The notes under the pieces were generated by a model. It did not search any database. It was not told the origin of the DNA and was given only the letters and a program-made list of their open reading frames with translations. From contig CAZNQW010000002.1 in NCBI GenBank assembly GCA_964575225.1, positions 1 through 57,826 of the forward strand: a stretch of DNA of 57,826 nt, given 5' to 3'. The stretch comes from an uncultured Anaerolineaceae bacterium. Lineage in GTDB: Bacteria; Chloroflexota; Anaerolineae; JAAYZQ01. The translations under genes and the position numbers were made by a program. This document shows positions 44,373 through 52,911 of this stretch, piece by piece; within the stretch, counting starts at the first letter, position 1, and every line of letters begins with the position of its first letter.

Positions 44373-44503
44373 AGCCTGGCAGGATGAAGTAAGAATCTGG
44401 TTCGAGCATGATAAAGATGGGCGCCCAGGCTTACGAGTCTGGGCGCGTTTTGCATCAACGAGCCGGTCTGCTTTATTCTAGCAATATTTTAAGAGGTAGA
44501 TAT

Positions 44504-44719
44504 ATGTCCGAACGAGAGTCTGGCACGGTCAAATGGTTCAATGGAGCCAAGGGCTATGGATTCATCGAGCGCGAGCAGGGCGGCGACGTCTTTGTTCACT
44601 ATTCGGCGATCCAAGGCGAGGGGTTCCGCAATCTGGAGGAAGGGCAGCGCGTCGAATTCAGCGTCGAACAAGACACCAAAGGTTTGCGCGCAAAGGAAGT
44701 GGCCGTTATCGGCTGGTAG
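44504..44719 (+). CDS. cspA: Cold-shock protein (CspA family)
   Basis: ATG 44504 follows AAGAGG. The translation is [30 protein letters not shown], carrying the RNP1 and RNP2 motifs of the CSD. Confidence 0.95.
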   Translation: MSERESGTVKWFNGAKGYGFIEREQGGDVFVHYSAIQGEGFRNLEEGQRVEFSVEQDTKGLRAKEVAVIGW

Positions 44720-44729
44720 GAGATAGTAG

Positions 44730-45041
44730 ATGACCACCAAGGTTTACGTCGGCAATCTGAACTATCAAACTCGAGAAGACACACTCCGAACCCTTTTCGA
44801 AGAGTTTGGTGAGGTGGTATCCGCCCAAGTGATCTTTGACCGCGCAACGGGCCGGTCTAAAGGCTTTGGTTTTGTCGAGATGGAGAGCGAAGAATCTGCA
44901 CAGGAAGCTATTTCTGCCCTCAACGGCAAAATGGTCGAGAGTCGGGAAATCAAAGTCGACAAGGCGAATCCACGGGCCGACACCGATCGGCGCGGCGGCG
45001 GCGACCGTTGGCGCAACGAAGAACGTCGACCACGCTGGTAA
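44730..45041 (+). CDS. RRM-type RNA-binding protein with an Arg/Gly-rich tail
   Basis: RNP-2 is KVYVGNL and RNP-1 is KGFGFVEM. The C-terminal tail reads DRRGGGDRWRNEERRPRW. It starts 10 nt downstream of csp. Confidence 0.9.
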   Translation: MTTKVYVGNLNYQTREDTLRTLFEEFGEVVSAQVIFDRATGRSKGFGFVEMESEESAQEAISALNGKMVESREIKVDKANPRADTDRRGGGDRWRNEERRPRW

Positions 45042-45116
45042 CAAACACTGCCTAATCACGAGAGCAGGGGCCACATTGCAGAACCGACGAAAAACCTGCT
45101 GAGATAGTATCACCCC

Positions 45117-45151
45117 GCGGGCCGGATTCGCTCCGGTCCGCGCTTTTTATT
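45117..45151 (+). terminator. Intrinsic terminator after the csp-rbp operon
   Basis: GCGGGCCGGA (45117-45126), loop TTCGC, TCCGGTCCGC (45132-45141), then GCTTTTTATT. Confidence 0.65.
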
Positions 45152-45196
45152 CCCCCGAATCCTCTGCACCCTGGCGTGATCGCCGTCGTGTGGGGC

Positions 45197-45225
45197 TTGT
45201 GTCCTACCCAGGCCCGTGCTATAAT
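45197..45225 (+). promoter_or_regulatory. Sigma70-like promoter (TTGTGT-17 nt-TATAAT, TGn) for the CoA-transferase/thiolase operon
   Basis: -10 TATAAT at 45220-45225, preceded by TGC. The -35 TTGTGT is at 45197-45202. Confidence 0.4.
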
Positions 45226-45308
45226 GTCTCCGGTTCGATGGGGCGGCGTTGGATAACCACGACGCCCGGTTCACTTTTAGAATCCATTCCACCACCCAGG
45301 AGGAACCC

Positions 45309-46229
45309 GTGAAAATCACCACGATGCGTGATGCCATAGCGCGACACGTCCGGGATGGCGATGCTCTGGCCATCGAGGGCTTTACGGCCTTTATCTGCTT
45401 TGCCGCGGCCCACGAGATCATCCGTCAGGGCAGGCGCGACCTCACTCTGTGTCGCATGACGCCCGATCTCATTTACGATCAGATGATCGCCGCCGGCTGC
45501 GCGCGCAAGCTGGTCTTTAGCTACCTGGGTAACCCGGGGGTGGGATCGCTGTATTGCATCCGCCGGGCCGTGGAAAAGAGCATCCCGCGCCCCCTGAATC
45601 TGGAAGAGTATTCACACTTTGGCATGGTCGGCCGCTACATGGCCGGTGCTGCCCGATTGCCTTTCTTTCCCCTGCGCAGCTATCTGGGCGCCGACCAGCC
45701 CCAGGCAAATCCCCGCATCCAGTTTGTGGAGAGCCCCTATGGCGAGGGGTCCATTGCCGTCGTCCCACCGCTCAACCCCGACGTGGCGATCATCCATGCC
45801 CAACGAGCCGACGCCGATGGCAACACCCAGCTCTGGGGCCTCTTGGGGGTGCAGAAGGAAGCGGCCTTTGCCAGCGAGCGGGTGATCGTCGTCGTCGAGG
45901 AAATTGTGGACAGCGAGATCATCCGCAGCGACCCCAACCGCACTGTGATTCCGGGCCTGCTGGTCCAAAGCGTGGTCCACGAGCCCTACGCCGCCTACCC
46001 GTCTTACGCCCAGGGCTACTATGACCGCGATAATCTGTTCTATCTCGAATGGGATCGGATCTCGCAGGACGAGGCAGCCACCCAGGCATGGCTCGAAGAG
46101 TGGGTGTTCGGGGTAGAGGACCGGGCCGGGTATCTGGCCAAGTTGCAGGCTCAGGAGCCGGACATCTGGCAACGATTGGCGCCGGGTCAAGCCCTTTCTC
46201 AGCCGGTCAATTATGGGATCTATCAGTGA
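45309..46229 (+). CDS. Family I CoA-transferase, subunit A (GctA/ScoA/AtoD-like)
   Basis: GTG 45309 follows AGGAGGAA. The N-terminus is VKITTMRDAIARHVRDGDALAIEGF...RDLTLCRM... Confidence 0.85.
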   Translation: MKITTMRDAIARHVRDGDALAIEGFTAFICFAAAHEIIRQGRRDLTLCRMTPDLIYDQMIAAGCARKLVFSYLGNPGVGSLYCIRRAVEKSIPRPLNLEEYSHFGMVGRYMAGAARLPFFPLRSYLGADQPQANPRIQFVESPYGEGSIAVVPPLNPDVAIIHAQRADADGNTQLWGLLGVQKEAAFASERVIVVVEEIVDSEIIRSDPNRTVIPGLLVQSVVHEPYAAYPSYAQGYYDRDNLFYLEWDRISQDEAATQAWLEEWVFGVEDRAGYLAKLQAQEPDIWQRLAPGQALSQPVNYGIYQ

Positions 46230-46239
46230 GGAGGCCACT

Positions 46240-47007
46240 ATGACAACCTATACCCCTTCTGAAATGATGATCGTGGCTTCGGCCCGCGCGCTGGCAAGGC
46301 AGCGTGTGGTCTTTGTGGGTGTGGGGCTGCCCAACATTGCCTGCAACTTGGCGCGGCGCACGGTGGCCCCCGAGCTGGAGCTGGTCTATGAATCGGGCGT
46401 GTTCGGCGCCCGGCCCGCCCGGCTGCCCCTGTCCATCGGCGATCCGACCCTGGTGAGCGGAGCTACGCTGGTCTGCCCCATGGCTGACCTGTTCATGAAT
46501 TACCTGCAAGGGGGCCGCATCGACGTGGCCTTTTTGGGGGGCGCACAGATCGATCGTTTCGGCAATATCAACACGACCGTCATCGGCGACTATGCCCGGC
46601 CCAAGGTGCGGCTGCCGGGAAGTGGGGGCGCGTGCGAGATTGCCATCCACGCCAAAGAGATATTCATGATTATGCGCCTCAAACGCCGGGCCTTTGTCGA
46701 AAAGCTGGATTTTGTCACCAGCGCCGGCCACCTGAGCGGCACGCCGGGGGAGCGAAAGGCCTTGGGTATCCCGGGCTCGGGTCCCCAATTGGTGGTCACC
46801 GACAAGGCGATTTTCCGCTTTGCCGACGACACCGGCGAGATGTTCCTTTCTTCCATCCATCCCGGGGTCACGGTCGATGAGGTGCGGGCCGAGGTCAGTT
46901 GGCCGCTGACCGTTGCTGGAGACTTGATGGAAACCGAGCCTCCGACGGCCGAGGAATTGCGCCTGATACGCGAAGAATTGGACCCTGCGGGCGTGTACTG
47001 CAAATAG
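46240..47007 (+). CDS. Family I CoA-transferase, subunit B
   Basis: ATG 46240 follows GAGGAGG. The motif VGVGLPNIACNL...LVYESGVFG has a Glu at the position of the catalytic Glu in the SENG motif of AtoA/ScoB (recalled from memory). Confidence 0.85.
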   Translation: MTTYTPSEMMIVASARALARQRVVFVGVGLPNIACNLARRTVAPELELVYESGVFGARPARLPLSIGDPTLVSGATLVCPMADLFMNYLQGGRIDVAFLGGAQIDRFGNINTTVIGDYARPKVRLPGSGGACEIAIHAKEIFMIMRLKRRAFVEKLDFVTSAGHLSGTPGERKALGIPGSGPQLVVTDKAIFRFADDTGEMFLSSIHPGVTVDEVRAEVSWPLTVAGDLMETEPPTAEELRLIREELDPAGVYCK

Positions 47008-47023
47008 AATCGAGGGGAATGCC

Positions 47024-48214
47024 ATGCGCCAAGTAGTGATTGTCTCTGCCGTCCGCACACCCATCGGCAACTTTGGCGGTGGATTGCGTGAAGTCTCGGC
47101 CGCTGCGCTGGGCCAAGTGGTGGCCCAAGAGGCCATGCGCCGGGCCGGTGTGGAGCCCAGTCAGATCGACGAGGTGGTGTTTGGTTGCGCCCGCCAGGCA
47201 GGCATCGGCCCCAACGTCGCGCGGCAGATCGGCTGGCGCAGCGGAGTGCCTCAGGACAGGCCGGGCTTTACGGTCAACAAGGCGTGTGGTTCGGGCCTGA
47301 AGGCGATCACCTTGGCGGCCCAGTCGATCCTGTCGGGTGAGAATGACATTGTGTTGGCCGGTGGCGTCGAGCAGATGTCGCAGATCCCCTACCTGTTGAC
47401 CCAGGCACGCTGGGGGTACCGTCTCGGCAACAGTGAGGTTGTCGACGCCAACTATCGGGATGGCTACGATTGCCCTTTGTGCGATATGGTCATGGGCGAG
47501 ACCGTCGATCGGCTGGCCGAGGAGTATGGTATCTCCCGCGAGGCGCAAGATGTCTTTGCCGCCGAGAGCCATCAGAAAGCGACGGCGGCGTGGGAGTCGG
47601 GCGCCTTTGACGCCGAGGTCGTGCCGGTTGAGGTGCCGGGCCGCAAGGGTGCGGTCACGGTGGTGGAGCGCGACGAGCGACCGCGCGCCGATTCCACCGC
47701 TGAGAAACTTGCCTCCTTAAAGACCGTCTTTCGCCCAGAGGGGGAAGGCGGCACGATCACGGCGGCCAATGCCAGCGGCATTACCGACGGCGCTGCTGCT
47801 GTAATCGTCATGGACGCCGATCGGGCCCAGGCCCTGGGGTTGGAACCTATGGCTTTGATCGTGAGCTTTGCCAGCGCGGGCGTTCATCCGGCCCGCATGG
47901 GACTGGCGCCTGTGCCGGCGACGCAAAAGGCCCTAGCCAAGACCGGCCTGACGCTGGACGACCTGGACCTGATTGAGCTGAACGAAGCCTTTGCCGCCCA
48001 GGCCTTGGTGGTGGAAAAGGAACTCCCGTGGGATCCCTCGCGGCGCAATGTCCACGGCGGCGCTGTGGCGTTGGGCCATCCCACCGGCTGCAGCGGCGCC
48101 CGAATCGTGGTGACCCTGCTCCATGCCATGCAACGCCGCCAGGCCTCGTTGGGATTGGCCACGCTGTGCATCAGCGGCGGATTGGGAATGTCGCTGCTTG
48201 TCCGGCGACCATAG
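47024..48214 (+). CDS. Acetyl-CoA acetyltransferase (thiolase II)
   Basis: VIVSAVRTPIGNFGG; active-site Cys NKACGSGLKAI; C-terminal NVHGGAVALGHPTGCSGARI. Confidence 0.93.
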   Translation: MRQVVIVSAVRTPIGNFGGGLREVSAAALGQVVAQEAMRRAGVEPSQIDEVVFGCARQAGIGPNVARQIGWRSGVPQDRPGFTVNKACGSGLKAITLAAQSILSGENDIVLAGGVEQMSQIPYLLTQARWGYRLGNSEVVDANYRDGYDCPLCDMVMGETVDRLAEEYGISREAQDVFAAESHQKATAAWESGAFDAEVVPVEVPGRKGAVTVVERDERPRADSTAEKLASLKTVFRPEGEGGTITAANASGITDGAAAVIVMDADRAQALGLEPMALIVSFASAGVHPARMGLAPVPATQKALAKTGLTLDDLDLIELNEAFAAQALVVEKELPWDPSRRNVHGGAVALGHPTGCSGARIVVTLLHAMQRRQASLGLATLCISGGLGMSLLVRRP

Positions 48215-48437
48215 ATCTGCCGCGTTGCCATCGTTGAGCAAGTCTGGGATCCTGCCCGCTGCATTCACCACACAATGAATTTTGCCTGGGTGCAGTTTGC
48301 TGTTTTGGCATTAGTTGTGATATAATACACAAAGCTAGAAGTAATCCTCTCCTTCACTCTGTTGGGGTTCAGCCAGTTGCTAGGTGGATAGTGGGTGCTC
48401 GAGCGGGGACGGGCTCAGGGGTCCCAGGAGAGTCAAA

Positions 48438-49052
48438 ATGGCAGAGCAGGTACAGCGCAGCGGACGTTCGAAAAAATGGATTCTCCCAGTAGGTATTGTC
48501 GCGGTGATCCTTCTGTTTGCGGCAGGGGCAGCCCTCTGGAAATTCCATGAAGAGCCTCGGTTTTGCAGCACCTTTTGTCATATCATGGAACCGTACGTGG
48601 CATCGTGGAACGGACCCGATTCGATGGCCCACGCCCACGGGCAGGCGGGCGTCACCTGTTTGCACTGCCACGAGCCCACAATCCCGGAGCAGATCCAAGA
48701 ACTCACCATCTATGTGTTGGGTGATTATCAGATTCCGTTAAGCGAACGGGGGTTCGAGGTGGACTGGTGTGTGCGATGTCACGAGCACGATAGCTACCAA
48801 TCCATTGCCACCAGGACCCAGGACTATGCCGTCGGGGGCGTTGTGGTCAACCCCCATGGGCGGACGGTGGATTTTGATAACCTGTTGGATCCTCACGCCA
48901 CAGGCCAGGGCCAGATCGAATGCCAGGAGTGCCACAAAGCCCACCGCGAATCGCCGGGCATCGAGTATTGCTACGGGTGCCATCACTGTGGGCAGTTTAC
49001 CGGTTGCGAAGAATGTCATCAGCAGGCGACCTTGAGCGCCGTGGGTGAGTAA
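48438..49052 (+). CDS. Membrane-anchored multihaem cytochrome c (NapC/NirT/NrfH-like topology), 5 CxxCH + 1 CxxxCH
   Basis: ATG 48438 follows GGAGAG. There is one N-terminal TM helix (WILPVGIVAVILLFAAGAALW). Haem motifs: CSTFCH (three-residue spacing), CLHCH, CVRCH, CQECH, CYGCH, CEECH. Confidence 0.75.
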   Translation: MAEQVQRSGRSKKWILPVGIVAVILLFAAGAALWKFHEEPRFCSTFCHIMEPYVASWNGPDSMAHAHGQAGVTCLHCHEPTIPEQIQELTIYVLGDYQIPLSERGFEVDWCVRCHEHDSYQSIATRTQDYAVGGVVVNPHGRTVDFDNLLDPHATGQGQIECQECHKAHRESPGIEYCYGCHHCGQFTGCEECHQQATLSAVGE

Positions 49053-49225
49053 TCGGTTGGAAACCAGGGGGCGCACCAGACCGCCAGAAGGCGCGATCTT
49101 TCAGGATAGAGGAAACGTGGCCGCTAGCTTTTGGGCAACGAATACCAACGCCCAAGGGTCGAGCGAGTTCTTTCGGAGGATGCCCTGGGAATAAACCCCC
49201 AGGCTTTCTCGTTTTGTGAGGGTTT

Positions 49226-49978
49226 ATGGAACACGATTTTCGTGAACGGCTGTTGGCTGGCGAGCAACTGGTGGGGCCGATCGTGTCGTTGCCGACCCCA
49301 GAGGTTGCCGAGATCCTGGCCGGCCTTGGCTTTGACTGGCTCTTTGTCGATGCCGAGCATGGACCGTTGGATTTTAGCCAGGTGCAAGCCTTGCTGCAGG
49401 CAGCCTGCCCAGCTTGCCCTTGTCTTGTCCGTGTGCCGGCGGGTGAACAGGTGTGGATTGCCAAAGCCTTGGATGTCGGAGCGTCTGGGGTAATCGTGCC
49501 CCAGATTCAAACGGCAGAGCAAGCGGAGGCCGTGGTCCGTCTGTGCAAATACCCGCCGCAGGGCCAAAGGGGAGTCGGCGTGGCTCGGGCGCAGGGGTAT
49601 GGCAGCCGGTTGGTCGATTATCTAGCGACGGCCAATGAGTCGATTGCTGTCATTGTGCAGGCCGAGAGCGTCGACGCGGTCCGCAATATGGCGGCGATCG
49701 CCCAGGTGTCTGGAATCGATGCGGTGTTTGTCGGCGCCTACGATCTGTCAGCCAGCCTGGGTAAGCCTGGTCAGGTGGGCGATCCTGAGGTGCAAGATGC
49801 CATCAGGAGGATAACGGATATCTGTTTGGCCGCAAACGTCAAACTCGGCGCTTTTGGCATCGATGCTGCGGCCGTCCAACCCTTTCTCGACAATGGGTAC
49901 ACACTGATCGCCGTGGGCATTGATGTAGTGTTCCTGGCTGATGGGGCCCGGTCGGTGCTGTCTGTCTTGGGTCGCTGA
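49226..49978 (+). CDS. HpcH/HpaI-family aldolase
   Basis: LLAGEQLVGPIVSLPTPEVAEILAGLGFDWLFVDAEHGP...VRVP...VIVPQI...QAES...FVGAYDLS is the typical class II pyruvate-aldolase TIM-barrel pattern. Confidence 0.8.
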   Translation: MEHDFRERLLAGEQLVGPIVSLPTPEVAEILAGLGFDWLFVDAEHGPLDFSQVQALLQAACPACPCLVRVPAGEQVWIAKALDVGASGVIVPQIQTAEQAEAVVRLCKYPPQGQRGVGVARAQGYGSRLVDYLATANESIAVIVQAESVDAVRNMAAIAQVSGIDAVFVGAYDLSASLGKPGQVGDPEVQDAIRRITDICLAANVKLGAFGIDAAAVQPFLDNGYTLIAVGIDVVFLADGARSVLSVLGR

Positions 49979-50025
49979 TGTCTCTGGTGCAAGGCGCCCG
50001 GCCTTTGTGTGCGGAAATGGGGTTT

Positions 50026-50054
50026 TTGACGAAAGAGGGAAATCACGATACAAT
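50026..50054 (+). promoter_or_regulatory. Sigma70-like promoter (TTGACG-17 nt-TACAAT) for the corrinoid methyltransferase cluster
   Basis: -35 at 50026-50031 and -10 at 50049-50054, with 17-nt spacing. It predicts a leader of about 177 nt before ATG 50238. Confidence 0.5.
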
Positions 50055-50237
50055 AATCCAGGATGCTCTTGGGACAGCGATGCTCCAACTATAACCGGAA
50101 TGGTGTCGTCATGAACGCACAGCCAGGACCGAATGAATCCGCATTCGGGCAGGGGGGAGGTTGCCTGCTCAGGTCCGCGCTGTGCGTTTTGCGTTTCGGG
50201 AGAATGTCCAAATTCACTGTACGGAGAGGAGGCCTAG

Positions 50238-50867
50238 ATGTCAAAGGAACTGGTCAATGCGATTGCCGACATGAGGGAGGAAGATGCCCTTGCGTTGGCG
50301 CAAGAAGCGATGGAAGGCGGCATGGATCCTGTCGGGATTCTGGCCGCAGCCCGCGAAGCGATGGACATCGTGGGCAAACGTTTCGAGACCGGCGAGTATT
50401 TTTTGCCGGAACTGATCATGGCTGGCGAGATGCTCAAGCAGATCACCGCGTTGGTCAAACCGGAACTGGCCAAAATGCCACAGGTCGAGCGCAAAGGCAA
50501 GGTCTTGATTGGCAGTGTAGCCGGCGACATTCACGACATTGGCAAAAACATCGTCACTTTTATGCTCGATGTGAACGGCTTTGACGTGTTGGACCTGGGC
50601 GTGGATGTGTCGGTGGCCAAGTTTGTGGACGCCATCCGCGAGTTCAACCCCCAGGTGGTGGGGCTCAGTGGCTTTTTGACCCTGGCCTTTGATTCCATGA
50701 AGGATACGGTTCAAGCCATCGAGGAGGCGGGCCTGCGCGATCGGGTCAAGATCATGATCGGTGGAGGCCAGATCACGGACAAAATCTGTGCGTATGCCGG
50801 AGCCGACGCCTATGGGGACGATGCCATGGAGGCGGTCTCTCTGGCCCAGCAATGGATAGGAGGGTAG
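50238..50867 (+). CDS. Corrinoid (cobalamin-binding) protein, methyltransferase-cognate type, copy 1
   Basis: An N-terminal helical cap is followed by a Rossmann-like B12 domain with the DxHxxG motif (VAGDIHDIGKN), SGFLT (SxL) and MIGGG. Confidence 0.88.
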   Translation: MSKELVNAIADMREEDALALAQEAMEGGMDPVGILAAAREAMDIVGKRFETGEYFLPELIMAGEMLKQITALVKPELAKMPQVERKGKVLIGSVAGDIHDIGKNIVTFMLDVNGFDVLDLGVDVSVAKFVDAIREFNPQVVGLSGFLTLAFDSMKDTVQAIEEAGLRDRVKIMIGGGQITDKICAYAGADAYGDDAMEAVSLAQQWIGG

Positions 50868-50871
50868 CGAC

Positions 50872-52206
50872 ATGGAAAAGGATTGGAAAACCATGACCGC
50901 CGAAGAGCGGCTGGCGCAGCGGCTGGACGGCTATGTGAACACACCGGGCTTTGAGTTTGCCAGCCCAGAGGCTGAAGCCCTCTACCGGGAACGAGCCACG
51001 ATCATTCGCGATGCTTTTGAGCTAAAGGTACCGGCTCGCGTGCCTGTGTTTCCCTCGGAGGGTTTCTTCCCGACCCTGAATGCGGGCATGTCGATGAAGG
51101 ATATGATGTACGACTATGACGGCGTCGCCAAGGCCCTCTTGGCGTACATCAACGAGTATCAGCCCGATGCTTGGTTCGGGGCGCTGGCCCTTGTGCCGGG
51201 ACGTTGCTTTGACATCCTGGATTACAAGGTGTACGATTGGCCGGGCCGGAATCTGGCCGATCATCTGGTGTACCAGATGAAAGAGGACGAGTATGTGAAG
51301 GCCAGCGAATATGGTGCGCTGGCAGCCGATCCCAGCGGCTTTTTCCTGCGAACCTATCTGCCCCGGGTGTTTGGCGCCTTGGAGCCGCTGGCCAAGATGC
51401 CCCTCTTGCCCTCTATTCAGGAAATGCCCATGACGCCGACGGCCCTGATCCCTTTTGGCATGCCCGATGTTCAGGAGGCTCTCAAGCGCCTGATGGAAGC
51501 GGGCAATGAGGCCGTCCGCTGGATCCAGGTGATGGGCGGGCTGGGTGCTCAGGTGCGGGCACTGGGTTGCACCGATTGGGCAGGGGGAGCCGCCAAGGCG
51601 CCCTTTGACGCCATCGGCGACACCTTGCGGGGCACCTCGGGCATGATGATGGACATGTATCGCAATGCCGACGCGCTGATCGAGGCCTGCGACCGCTTTG
51701 TACCGCTCATGGTCGAGATGGCTGTAGGCGCTGCCAATCAGACGGGCGTACCTCTCATCTTTATGCCGCTGCACAAGGGAGCTGATGGGTTCATGTCGAA
51801 CCGCCAGTTCGAAAAGTTCTATTGGCCGTCCCTGAAAAAGGTCATGCTGGGGATTGCCGAAGAAGGGTGTATCCCCGTCATGTTTGCCGAGGGGGGCTAC
51901 AACCAGCGCCTCGAAATCATTGCCGATTTCCCCAAGGGCAAGTGCATCTGGTGGTTCGACCAGACCGATATGAAGCGGGCCAAGGAGGTTCTGGGCGACG
52001 TGGCTTGTATTGCCGGGAACGTTTCCACGGCATTGATGACGGCCGGCACGCCCGACGAGGTAAAGGCTTACTGTAAAGAGTTGATCGAGACTGCGGGCAA
52101 AGACGGCGCCTTTATCCTGACCAACGGCTGCGGCATCGATCACGCCAAGCCTGCCAACGTCAAAGCCATGATGGAGGCCGGTCTGGAATACGGCAAGTAT
52201 CGTTAG
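50872..52206 (+). CDS. Uroporphyrinogen-decarboxylase (URO-D) superfamily methyltransferase, copy a (444 aa)
   Basis: A paralogue of 52908..54158, with shared blocks (PVFPS/PLFPS, PLHKGADGFMS/PLHRGADGFMS, FEKFYWPSLK/FERFYWPTLK, WWFDQTDM/GWFERSDL, DVACIAGN/DVMCIASG). It sits immediately after a corrinoid protein. Confidence 0.78.
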   Translation: MEKDWKTMTAEERLAQRLDGYVNTPGFEFASPEAEALYRERATIIRDAFELKVPARVPVFPSEGFFPTLNAGMSMKDMMYDYDGVAKALLAYINEYQPDAWFGALALVPGRCFDILDYKVYDWPGRNLADHLVYQMKEDEYVKASEYGALAADPSGFFLRTYLPRVFGALEPLAKMPLLPSIQEMPMTPTALIPFGMPDVQEALKRLMEAGNEAVRWIQVMGGLGAQVRALGCTDWAGGAAKAPFDAIGDTLRGTSGMMMDMYRNADALIEACDRFVPLMVEMAVGAANQTGVPLIFMPLHKGADGFMSNRQFEKFYWPSLKKVMLGIAEEGCIPVMFAEGGYNQRLEIIADFPKGKCIWWFDQTDMKRAKEVLGDVACIAGNVSTALMTAGTPDEVKAYCKELIETAGKDGAFILTNGCGIDHAKPANVKAMMEAGLEYGKYR

Positions 52207-52275
52207 GTGGAGGATCCGACCCCTGGCAGGTCTCTGACCTGCCAGGGCCATTTCACAAGGGGGAGGACGTTGCAC

Positions 52276-52911
52276 ATGTCGCAGGAATTGATCGCAGCAT
52301 TCGTCGAGATACGCGAAGAGGATGTGCGCAGGATTACAGCCGAGCTGCTGGAATCGGGCACAGATCCAATGGCTGTCCTGGAGGCCGGCAGGGAAGCCCT
52401 CGAGATCATCGGCCAACGCTTTGAAGCTGGGCAGGCCTTTGTGCCCGAGCTGATCATGGCTGGCGAGATCATGGGCGAGATCACCGCTCTGGCCAAGCCC
52501 AAGTTGGAGCAGACGGCCTCGGCCGAGACGCTGGGAAGGGTTCTGGTAGGCACGGTGGAGGGCGATATTCACGACATTGGCAAAGATGTGGTCGTGTTTA
52601 TGCTTGAGGCCAATGGATTTGACGTAGTGGACCTGGGGGTGGACGTCACACCTCAGACCTTTGTGGAAAAGGTCAAAGAGGTCAAGCCGGATGCGGTGGC
52701 TTTGAGCGGCCTGCTGACGCTGGCCTACCAGTCGATGAAGGAAACTGTGGACGCCATCAAGGAGGCCGGGCTACGAGATCAGGTCAAGATCATGATCGGC
52801 GGTGCTCCGGTGGATGATCACGTACGTGTGTTCTCGGGCGCTGATGCCTGGGGCAAGGACGCGATGGAGGCGGTTGCCTTTGCCAAGCAGTGGACAGGAG
52901 GACAGAAATGA
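52276..52911 (+). CDS. Corrinoid (cobalamin-binding) protein, copy 2
   Basis: ATG 52276 follows GGGGGAGGA. VEGDIHDIGKD (DxHxxG), SGLLT, MIGGA. Clearly paralogous to copy 1. Confidence 0.88.
   Translation: MSQELIAAFVEIREEDVRRITAELLESGTDPMAVLEAGREALEIIGQRFEAGQAFVPELIMAGEIMGEITALAKPKLEQTASAETLGRVLVGTVEGDIHDIGKDVVVFMLEANGFDVVDLGVDVTPQTFVEKVKEVKPDAVALSGLLTLAYQSMKETVDAIKEAGLRDQVKIMIGGAPVDDHVRVFSGADAWGKDAMEAVAFAKQWTGGQK

Noticed and set aside
44080-44409. The 110-codon N-terminal extension of the kamA ORF in the track (563 aa).
   Set aside because: The extension ([14 protein letters not shown]...CICHLTLMVLQCRRFRW...) has no aminomutase-like sequence. It runs through the divergent csp/kamA promoter region, including a TGcTACAAT -10-like element at comp. 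44172-44180. The family-typical N-terminus begins near MSTDQV... at 44079.
41656-48214. A lysine fermentation pathway (kamA with CoA-transferase A/B and thiolase about 1-4 kb away).
   Set aside because: The CoA-transferase/thiolase operon is on the opposite strand, has its own promoter, and is separated from kamA by the csp-rbp operon. The diagnostic genes kamD/kamE, kdd, kce and kal are absent. The proximity is more likely coincidental.
50061-50237. A cobalamin riboswitch in the ~177-nt leader of the corrinoid cluster.
   Set aside because: A segment AGCCAGGACC...GGCAGG loosely recalls the B12 box. I could not find the conserved GCCACUG core or the GGUG/AAxUCC upstream elements. This needs a covariance-model scan before any claim.
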